Shown: one piece after another, positions 1-6,713 of the stretch | How positions within the stretch are numbered: the stretch's first letter is position 1 | Layout of the letters: each line of letters begins with the position of its first letter | DNA from: a bacterium | GTDB taxonomy: Bacteria > UBP6 > UBA1177 | Length of the DNA stretch: 33,598 nucleotides | NCBI GenBank assembly: GCA_017615095.1 | Contig: JAGAAT010000020.1 | Coordinates: forward strand, 1 to 33,598 | Direction of reading: 5' to 3' | The notes under the pieces: model-generated | What the model was told of the DNA's origin: nothing | Seen by the model: the letters and a program-made list of their open reading frames with translations, nothing else | The model's database searches: none | Position numbers and translations under genes: made by a program

Positions 1-798
1 GAGCAAGCCGGAGTCGCCTAATTCGCTGTATCTTCCGTCATAATAATAAGAAGAATAGTTGCACTCTCCTCCGCCTCCGAGCGTACAATCATGGCAGCAG
101 CTTGAACATGTCCAGCAATCAGTAAAAGACAGACAGTTGTCAGTATCGGAAACCTTGCATTGGGAATCCCTTCTCCACTTGAGGAGTGCTTTCAATTCAT
201 CTATCGTAGGCAGATGCCAGTCTGAATACCCGCATACATTCAAATTTTCGCAGTGGTTGAGCGCACTCAGCCAATCCATTGTGTTCGTTGTTTTTGAAGA
301 CCACCACAGGTGACCGTCAACAGTTGTGCATTGTTCTGCCGGTTCGCCGCTGTCGGCATCTGCATCGTCGTCAGACTGCGGATCAGATGTGTCGGCGTCA
401 TCAATTGGATCCGTAGTATCGGAATCTTTGTCAGGTTCTTCGCTCTCGGGTGTTTCGGTGCCGGAATCATTGTCAGATATATCGATATCATCCGAATCAT
501 TGCCGCCGCCGTTAGGATCTTTGATGCAGATATTGTTTTCCTCATCGCAGATCAGCCCATTGTTGCAGGTGGCATTCGGGTAACATTCGCCGTAAAGTTC
601 ACCCTGTTTTCTGTCGGGATCTTCATTGTCGGGCTGTTCCGGTGTTGTGTCGTCGGGCTCGCTGTCTGACGTGCCTGAATCTTCGTCAGCCACAGTTTTA
701 CCTGTGTCTGTGTCGTCTCCGGTTTTTGAACTTTCGCCGCAGCTAATCACAAAAATCAAAGCTGTAAAAACAGCAAAAAAAGCCAAAAATTTTTTCAT
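1..798 (-). CDS. Secreted lipoprotein, 3'-truncated by the window edge. It has an N-terminal 4-Cys module, an acidic linker and a DUF1566/Lcl-C-terminal-like domain. It is a paralog of 8831..10429.
   Basis: Not in the ORF track because no stop lies in the window. Manual translation from ATG at 798 gives 266 codons with no stop: MKKFLAFFAVFTALIFVISCGESS... (lipobox VISC). Then comes a D/T/E/P-rich stretch, YGECYPNATCNNGLICDEENNICIK, a second acidic linker, and ...DWHLPTIDELKALL...NCLSFTDCWTCSSC...YYDGRYSELGDSGLL. This matches the C-terminus of the 8831..10429 protein (GWHLPNIDELKTLL...NCLSFHSCWTCNTC...YSDGRYSKLGDTGYL). An SD (GGAGGA) lies just upstream of the ATG. Confidence 0.8.
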   Translation of the reverse strand, partial: MKKFLAFFAVFTALIFVISCGESSKTGDDTDTGKTVADEDSGTSDSEPDDTTPEQPDNEDPDRKQGELYGECYPNATCNNGLICDEENNICIKDPNGGGNDSDDIDISDNDSGTETPESEEPDKDSDTTDPIDDADTSDPQSDDDADADSGEPAEQCTTVDGHLWWSSKTTNTMDWLSALNHCENLNVCGYSDWHLPTIDELKALLKWRRDSQCKVSDTDNCLSFTDCWTCSSCCHDCTLGGGGECNYSSYYYDGRYSELGDSGLL

Positions 799-867
799 TT
801 TTATCCTCCATATTGTTTGGTGCGCCTCCTTAGGATTGCACCGCCCAAGCTTAAAAAAAACCGTGAA

Positions 868-895
868 ATTGTAGGTGTTTTAGACAAATTGGCAA
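868..895 (-). promoter_or_regulatory. Sigma70-like promoter for the 1..798 lipoprotein gene
   Basis: The minus strand reads TTGCCA, a 16-nt spacer, then TACAAT (-35 at 890..895, -10 at 868..873). It sits about 70 nt upstream of the ATG at 798. Confidence 0.4.
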
Positions 896-907
896 ATTTT
901 CAGATTG

Positions 908-930
908 AAAAAAAGCGCGGCTATCCGCCG
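908..930 (-). terminator. Weak intrinsic-terminator-like element overlapping the stop of the 946-aa gene
   Basis: The minus strand reads GCGG-ATAG-CCGC (a 4-bp stem only) followed by GC and seven T residues. The short stem keeps confidence low. Confidence 0.25.
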
Positions 931-3761
931 AAATTCAGATATACCGAAACACCCGATCTCGGTTTCAGTCCGTAGGAGGTCCCGAGTGAAATCGTGTAGG
1001 GGAGATGAAAGCCCAGCGACCCGGTGAGTCTCAGTTCAAAGCCTGTGCCGGCTGAGAAAAACTTTTTGTGGAATCCGTCGCTTACGGTTGCCAGATCGAG
1101 AAATACCGCTCCCTGTAGGTTTTTGAATGCGATCGAAATGTTGGGCGCCAGACCGCTGTTGATGGAGATCATGTGGAATGCAAGTTCGTTGCTGGAGGTG
1201 AAGGCGTTCGTCCCTTCGGCGCTGCTCTCCTTCAGTGCCCGCGAGGTGATCGTTATATCCTCGGCAAACATGTTTCCGAGCCTCAGAACAAGCGGTGCCG
1301 TTTCTCCGCCGACAGTCATGTCTTCATGGGAAAAGAACTGTAAATACAGCGTGTTGCGGGTGATAAAGCCAAGCTTTGCCCCGGGCGTCAGAAGGAAGCT
1401 CAGATTGACCGAGGGGTTAAAGACGAGGCTTTGCCTGCCGGTCACGAATTTTTGTGAAAAGCTGAGCGGTAGTGAAATTGCAAAGCGGTTCATCTCTGGC
1501 AAAAGATACCTGCTTCCCGGGTTGAAGTCGATTGCAAATCCGTATTTCATGCCGACTGAAAGCGCCGCGTCGTCCTTCACGACCGGAGTTATCATCAGCG
1601 GATCCTTCAGCTGCCGGACCTTCGCCAGTTTCCCGCTTGCTTCAAGGCTGAATCCGAGAGAATTGCTTACTGCCGAAAGGCTGGAAAGTGACGAAAACAC
1701 CGGGTTTTTGAATTGGAGCGTCGTCGAAGCACCGAGAGCCATGCGGTCGGTTTTTTCCGTTGAGAGATAGTGTTCGCCGACCTCTTCGTTTGCGTGAAGG
1801 TAGGCGAAGTAGACTCTGAAACCCGGCAGGACAGAGGCGTCGCGGTAGTCGAGCCTGAGGTAGTGGCGGTCGCTTTTGCTGAATGTTTTTGCGTAGGCTG
1901 CCGAATAGGATCGCTGCTGGTTGTTCGAGACTCCCGTGATCGTGGCTCCGACAGTGAAGCGGTAGGCTCCGTCCATCGCCAGAGTGGGATACCAGAGCGA
2001 CGGGAACATCCCCTCGTAGCCTTTCGCTGGTTTCAGCTCGTGGCGGAGCTCCTCTTTTTCCGAAAAACCGGTGACGGTGTTCCCAGGGGCGTCGGTTTTG
2101 GCGACTTCGCTCTCCTCGATTTTTTGTGAGGCAGGATAGTAGCCGTCGCGGTCGAAGGAGATATAGAAAACGCGGTCGCCGATGACCTTCGGAAAGAGAG
2201 AAAGCAGCGGCGGTTCGCAGAGTTTCGTGATCCTTCCGCTTGCGAGGTCAAGCCTCATCGGAACGATCTTGTCGCCGTATTCGCTTGAAAAAACAAGTGT
2301 TTGCGCGTTTTCAAAGGTGACGCTGTACTGATCTCCGGCGATCTCTGTCTCTCTCAGCTCTTCTGTCTCCAAATCGAAAATGAAGATATTTTTTTCGCGG
2401 TCGAACCTGTTTCCGGTAAAGGCGATCCTGGTCCCGTCCGGCGAGTGCGAAATGCTGTAAAGGGAGTCCAGCGCGTTGAAACTCCACTCCTTTTTCTGCC
2501 TGCCGTCGGGGTCGAGCATCACGATCCGGTTGATCCCGCCGCGGTACGAAATGTAGAATATCCTGCCGTCTCTGCCGAAAGCCGCCTCGGTCACGCTTTC
2601 GTTGTCCGTGAGCTTTCGGACAGATCTTTTTTCCGTGTCTGCGAGAAAGAGCTCCGATCTCTGAAAGCGGTTGAGTCTCGGAACGTTCATCGTGAAGAGG
2701 ATCCTGTTTCCATGCTGCGAAAAGCTTGAAATCGTGGGCATACGTCTGATTTTATTGATCTTCCCGTCAAAGCTGAATATCCCCTGATTGTTCTGTTTGC
2801 CTGCGAAAAAGCGGTAGGTATCACCCTCAGTGTCGGCAAAGATCCGGCTGAAATGAAGTTCGCCTTTGACCTCATTTACTGTCGTTTTTTTCGCTATAGC
2901 GATTTTTTTGTACTCCTCCGAAAACTCCGCGTAGACATCCTGAGTCCTCTCATGGAAAGTTTTTCTGAAGTTCCGCGAAAGGATCACGAGCGGGAAAAAG
3001 TCGTCTTTTATCTCTTCGAACAGCCCCTTCATCCCGCCGGTCCCGTAACGTTTCACGAGGTAATCGTAGAAAAAAGAGCCGTAAAGGTAGGGGAATGTGC
3101 CGCTCAGCCACATGTCGGTGAGCCCGGAGAGGTTGATGAGCTCAAGTTGCCGGTTTTCTTCAAAAAACGAGTAAAGATAGCTCTTGAAAAGCGGGCTGTT
3201 GAGCCGCCCCTTTCCGTCGATCCTGCTCTCTGCGTAGACAGCTCCGCCCTCGATCATCCAGGTCGGTATCATCCCGTTCGGGAACCAGAAAATACCGAAG
3301 ATCAGGTTCGCGGCGTGCGGCAGACCGCCGTCCATTTCAATGTGTGTCGCGTGGAAGTATTCATGGACATGCAGGATCTGTTCCCAGTTTTTGTAGCTTG
3401 ACAGTACCGAGTAGCGTTCCGGCGGGAAAATGTAGAGATAAACCGCTCTTTTCATAAAAATGTTCGTCCAGCCGTTCGCCGTGTCGAGCTCTCTGTCGTA
3501 GACCGTTGTTAATTTTTTTGAAGGTTTCCAGCCGTAAAGCTCCTCGATGAATTTTTCAGATTTCTCCGCTTCGTCGATCAGTCTTGATATAACGGAATCA
3601 TCCAGCTCCGAGGTGAAATAGAGTATCTGGTTCCCGGTTTCGTACTTCCGGTATGCCTCTTCTCCGGAAAGCCTGGCAAAAAAGCTAAAAATGAGAAGAA
3701 AAAAAAATAATTTCAGCCGCTTCTGGATCATTACACTCCGAAGTTTTTTGAAGAAAGTCAT
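921..3761 (-). CDS. Large secreted multidomain protein: N-terminal HExxH metallopeptidase-like domain, central PD40/TolB-like beta-propeller repeats, and a C-terminal beta-barrel-like region
   Basis: 946-aa ORF with an N-terminal hydrophobic signal (LKLFFFLLIFSFFARLSG). HEYFH (HExxH) lies at nt 3351..3365. PD40-like motifs include SISHSPDGTRIAFTG and AFGRDGRIFYIS. The last ~370 aa consist of alternating hydrophobic/polar strand-like segments and end ...GVSVYLNFGG. The start is ambiguous: ATG 3761 overlaps the upstream stop as ATGA, while ATG 3731 has a GGAG upstream. Confidence 0.85.
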   Translation of the reverse strand: MTFFKKLRSVMIQKRLKLFFFLLIFSFFARLSGEEAYRKYETGNQILYFTSELDDSVISRLIDEAEKSEKFIEELYGWKPSKKLTTVYDRELDTANGWTNIFMKRAVYLYIFPPERYSVLSSYKNWEQILHVHEYFHATHIEMDGGLPHAANLIFGIFWFPNGMIPTWMIEGGAVYAESRIDGKGRLNSPLFKSYLYSFFEENRQLELINLSGLTDMWLSGTFPYLYGSFFYDYLVKRYGTGGMKGLFEEIKDDFFPLVILSRNFRKTFHERTQDVYAEFSEEYKKIAIAKKTTVNEVKGELHFSRIFADTEGDTYRFFAGKQNNQGIFSFDGKINKIRRMPTISSFSQHGNRILFTMNVPRLNRFQRSELFLADTEKRSVRKLTDNESVTEAAFGRDGRIFYISYRGGINRIVMLDPDGRQKKEWSFNALDSLYSISHSPDGTRIAFTGNRFDREKNIFIFDLETEELRETEIAGDQYSVTFENAQTLVFSSEYGDKIVPMRLDLASGRITKLCEPPLLSLFPKVIGDRVFYISFDRDGYYPASQKIEESEVAKTDAPGNTVTGFSEKEELRHELKPAKGYEGMFPSLWYPTLAMDGAYRFTVGATITGVSNNQQRSYSAAYAKTFSKSDRHYLRLDYRDASVLPGFRVYFAYLHANEEVGEHYLSTEKTDRMALGASTTLQFKNPVFSSLSSLSAVSNSLGFSLEASGKLAKVRQLKDPLMITPVVKDDAALSVGMKYGFAIDFNPGSRYLLPEMNRFAISLPLSFSQKFVTGRQSLVFNPSVNLSFLLTPGAKLGFITRNTLYLQFFSHEDMTVGGETAPLVLRLGNMFAEDITITSRALKESSAEGTNAFTSSNELAFHMISINSGLAPNISIAFKNLQGAVFLDLATVSDGFHKKFFSAGTGFELRLTGSLGFHLPYTISLGTSYGLKPRSGVSVYLNFGG

Positions 3762-5080
3762 AAAAACATCGCCATGTAGTGCGGAAGAGTGGTTCTGCCT
3801 TCAGTATTTCCGATGTTGCCCTCCACGAATTTGTATGCTTTGCTCGGGTGGAACATCTCTATAAAGTGGTTCAGCGACGGAGTGTGACGGTTCCCCGCCT
3901 TGACCTCGACAGGAACGACTTCGGCGTTTTTTTCGATAATGAACTCTATTTCGAGAGAACTGTTGTCTGTCTTATAGTAGTTGAGGTTGTAGCCTTTTTT
4001 TACGAGAATTTCTGAAATCACGTTTTCGTATATCCCGCCTTTTGCGTTTCCGAGAAGCTTTCCTGTCAGCAGCGCCAGCTTGGTCTCAGTTCCATATCTT
4101 GCCATCAGAAGCCCTGTATCATTAAAATATACCTTGAATTCATTGTCTTTTTCGTTCGCATTAAGCGGCAGATATGGCTGAAAAACGTTGAAGCATACAT
4201 GGACGAAGTTTGCATCCTTCAGCCAGGTCAGGCTGTCGCCGAACTTTCGGGCAGTTGCACTTTTTTCAACCTCCGAGTATTTGAATTTTTTATTCTCCCG
4301 CGCCAGCTGTTTTGGAAGACTGTCGTAACATGCGCGGACCTTTGCTTTGTCGGGTCCCTTGACGTGATTCGAGATGTCATCGTCGTAAGCGGCGAGGATC
4401 TTTTCCTGAATGCGCTGGACCTCTCCGAAATTTTTATTTTCGGCAAAATCGGCAACGACCTCCGGCATTCCGCCGACAACGATAAATTCCCGCAGGATGG
4501 ATTCAAATTTATCGTTGATGTCGTTCGGAACCTTTGTCTGCGAAGAAAAAAACGAGTGCAGATAGTCGATCGTCTCCTGCTGGTAGCCGTAAGCCCAGAG
4601 AAATTCCTCAAAATCGAGGGAGTACATGACGACCTGGCGCTCGTATCCGACAGGAATGGACTCCGTCTCTCCTACTTCACTGTCGGCATCCTGTCCGTAA
4701 TGCAGTCCGAGCAGGGAGCCGGAAGCGATCACATCGAAGCGGTTATCCTCTGCGAGAAACTTGAGTGCAGTTCTGGCTTTGGCACACTTTTGAATTTCAT
4801 CCAGAAAAATCAGTGTGTTGTGCTCGATAAGCTTTGATTCTGGAAGGTGCGCGGAGAGGCGTTTGTATATTTCAGGCGCATCGAGGCTCCCGTCGAAAAT
4901 CTGCTTCAATTCGGGATCCCGGACAAAATTTATTTCGATGAAGCTTTTGTATTCGGTTTCTCCGAAGCGGCGGATGACGTAGGTTTTTCCTATCTGTCTT
5001 GCCCCCTTTACCAAAAGGCATTCGCGGTTTTTGGTTGCCTTCCAATCCAGAAGATATCGGTAAATTTTTCTTTTCAACAT
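3758..5080 (-). CDS. AAA-family ATPase with a DUF4143-type C-terminal domain
   Basis: Walker A is GARQIGKT and Walker B is LIFLDEIQ. The N-terminus MLKRKIYRYLLDW resembles, from memory, the usual start of this ATPase family. The ORF-track start is 5092, but the GGAGG at 5086..5090 is the SD for ATG 5080, and the predicted promoter places the TSS near 5098. Confidence 0.85.
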   Translation of the reverse strand: MLKRKIYRYLLDWKATKNRECLLVKGARQIGKTYVIRRFGETEYKSFIEINFVRDPELKQIFDGSLDAPEIYKRLSAHLPESKLIEHNTLIFLDEIQKCAKARTALKFLAEDNRFDVIASGSLLGLHYGQDADSEVGETESIPVGYERQVVMYSLDFEEFLWAYGYQQETIDYLHSFFSSQTKVPNDINDKFESILREFIVVGGMPEVVADFAENKNFGEVQRIQEKILAAYDDDISNHVKGPDKAKVRACYDSLPKQLARENKKFKYSEVEKSATARKFGDSLTWLKDANFVHVCFNVFQPYLPLNANEKDNEFKVYFNDTGLLMARYGTETKLALLTGKLLGNAKGGIYENVISEILVKKGYNLNYYKTDNSSLEIEFIIEKNAEVVPVEVKAGNRHTPSLNHFIEMFHPSKAYKFVEGNIGNTEGRTTLPHYMAMFL

Positions 5081-5104
5081 TTCTGCCTCCATTTGTGCTT
5101 TGGG

Positions 5105-5133
5105 ATATTACGATAAAAACTGATATTTTTCAA
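5105..5133 (-). promoter_or_regulatory. Sigma70-like promoter of the AAA ATPase gene
   Basis: The minus strand reads TTGAAA (5128..5133), a 17-nt spacer, then TAATAT (5105..5110). It lies ~25 nt upstream of ATG 5080. Confidence 0.45.
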
Positions 5134-5139
5134 CACCGT

Positions 5140-5253
5140 GCATATTTTTGGACGGTCGAAAAGGCGATTTTTGCATATTTTGGGACTATCGAATCGCTGA
5201 AAAATGCATATTTTTGGACTATCGAATCGCTGAAAAATGCATATTTTTGGACT
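5140..5253. repeat. 33-bp direct tandem repeat, about 3.4 copies, intergenic
   Basis: Units are 5140..5172 (degenerate), 5173..5205, 5206..5238 and a partial unit 5239..5253. The consensus is GCATATTTTTGGACTATCGAATCGCTGAAAAAT. Units 2 and 3 differ at one position, and the units are contiguous with no spacers. Confidence 0.9.
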
Positions 5254-5261
5254 TTACGGAT

Positions 5262-5774
5262 CTAGTTTTTGAGCAGCAGACCGCCGCAGAGGGTGTAATA
5301 TTCGGGCGTTTTTCCGTCAACTTCCCAGAGGATCTCGATGCCGAAGAGTTCCCGAAGCGCCTTTTCGACATCTCCGCCGAGGGATTCTATCGAATAGCGC
5401 ATTTTGTCGGGCATTCTGCAAGGCTCGTTTTTCGGGCGGGAACACTCGCTGCACAGAGAACATTTGCCTGCCGAAAGAGCCGTTGAACCTGGATTTTTCT
5501 TCTCCAGAGCGTAAGTGTAGAGCAGCATTTCGTGTTTTGTCTTTTCCAGAAGCGCGAGGTTTTCTTCGCAGCCGGAGAGAGGTTCGATCTTGTATACGAT
5601 CATACGCAATTTGCTGAATTTATTCCATATTTCCAGCGGTTCAAAGCCGTACGGCGGGCACGACCAGACATTTCCGCAGTTGGGACAGGATTTGCAGAGA
5701 CCGTAAAACTTCGATACATCGACAAAGTTACTGACAAAATCGGAAACGGCGGTCTCTTTTTCAAATTTTTCCAT
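5262..5774 (-). CDS. DUF2284-like predicted metal-binding (Cys-cluster) protein
   Basis: Cys motifs are CKSCPNCGNVWSCPP and CSLCSECSRPKNEPCRMP. The real start is taken as ATG 5774 (MEKFEKE...), which is preceded by GAGGAGGAAAA. The longer ORF-track start (5888) would overlap the upstream gene. Confidence 0.7.
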   Translation of the reverse strand: MEKFEKETAVSDFVSNFVDVSKFYGLCKSCPNCGNVWSCPPYGFEPLEIWNKFSKLRMIVYKIEPLSGCEENLALLEKTKHEMLLYTYALEKKNPGSTALSAGKCSLCSECSRPKNEPCRMPDKMRYSIESLGGDVEKALRELFGIEILWEVDGKTPEYYTLCGGLLLKN

Positions 5775-5788
5775 TTTTCCTCCTCTTC

Positions 5789-6685
5789 TCAGTCGGGATA
5801 GTGTTTCGACAGTGTTTTTATGAATTCCATGCAGAGCAGCAGTATCAGAGCGCTGTAGTAGACCCAGAGGATGCTTGTTATTATCCATGCCGCCGAGCCG
5901 TAGATGAAAGAGAAGTTAGATATTTCAGTTATATAGAAATTATATAATAATTTCGCAAGGTTCCACAAGAAACTGAAAAGGAGCGCACCGCAGAGGACTG
6001 CCTTTTTGGAAAGTTTTATCCCGTAAGTGAAGTAGTTGATGAGTATCCAGAAAAAGAGGACGATGATTATCGTCGATAGAGCGAAGCTGTAGGTCTGTCC
6101 GCTTGAGATCACATCGATCAGATTTTGTATCAGCGGTATTTTTGTGGCGATCTTTCCGGCGAACGAGAGAAAAAGTGTCATAAAATAGTGGATGAAAAAG
6201 AGAACGATCGCGAGCGTCAGCAGAAAAACCGCACCCATCAGTCTAGAAAGGATGAAATTTATAGACTTCCCGCCGAATATTCTGAAAAAAGAGTAGTGGA
6301 GGGTAGAAAAAAGGAGCGTCGCGGAAACCGCAAGCGAAATCAGACCGACAGTCGTGAGCCCCGCCTTGTAATTTGCGATATCTACCACGCTCGAGACATA
6401 TTTTTCACTCAAAAACGGGATCGCCATATTCAGCGAATCCATGATGTAGGAGATAAGCTGTTCCGAAGTCAGATGCTGGATATCCTTAATGTAATCAACT
6501 ATATATCCTACAGATGCGCCCAGCAGTATCAGAAACGGGATGAAGCTCAGGAGGAAGTAGAAACTTATCGCGGCGGTGAAGGTGAAGCAGTCGTCGTTGT
6601 AGAAACCGAACCCTGTTTCCCAGACGATTTTCAGGAACCTGTTCTTTTCAACTGTGTCGAAAAACTTCTTTTTCAGCCCGACCAA
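5789..6685 (-). CDS. YihY/BrkB-family (ribonuclease BN-like) integral membrane protein
   Basis: 298 aa with multiple TM segments and an N-terminal signature ...FTAAISFYFLLSFIPFLILL. The start is TTG, with a GGAGA 6 nt upstream. Confidence 0.8.
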   Translation of the reverse strand: MVGLKKKFFDTVEKNRFLKIVWETGFGFYNDDCFTFTAAISFYFLLSFIPFLILLGASVGYIVDYIKDIQHLTSEQLISYIMDSLNMAIPFLSEKYVSSVVDIANYKAGLTTVGLISLAVSATLLFSTLHYSFFRIFGGKSINFILSRLMGAVFLLTLAIVLFFIHYFMTLFLSFAGKIATKIPLIQNLIDVISSGQTYSFALSTIIIVLFFWILINYFTYGIKLSKKAVLCGALLFSFLWNLAKLLYNFYITEISNFSFIYGSAAWIITSILWVYYSALILLLCMEFIKTLSKHYPD

Positions 6686-6713
6686 TGCCGTCTCCGAACT
6701 TCAAGCCGGTTTT

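Noticed and set aside
59-874. Track ORFs 59..313(+), 310..669(+), 326..583(+), 626..874(+) and 267..545(-)
   Set aside because: All overlap the clean 266-codon minus-strand lipoprotein frame (1..798), which has a signal peptide, an SD, a promoter and a paralog match. They read as repetitive S/G/V/C translations of the acidic-linker DNA in the wrong frame or strand.
5140-5253. Possible CRISPR mini-array
   Set aside because: The 33-bp units are directly contiguous with no unique spacers, the first unit is degenerate, and no cas genes are in the window. It is therefore reported as a tandem repeat and regulatory candidate.
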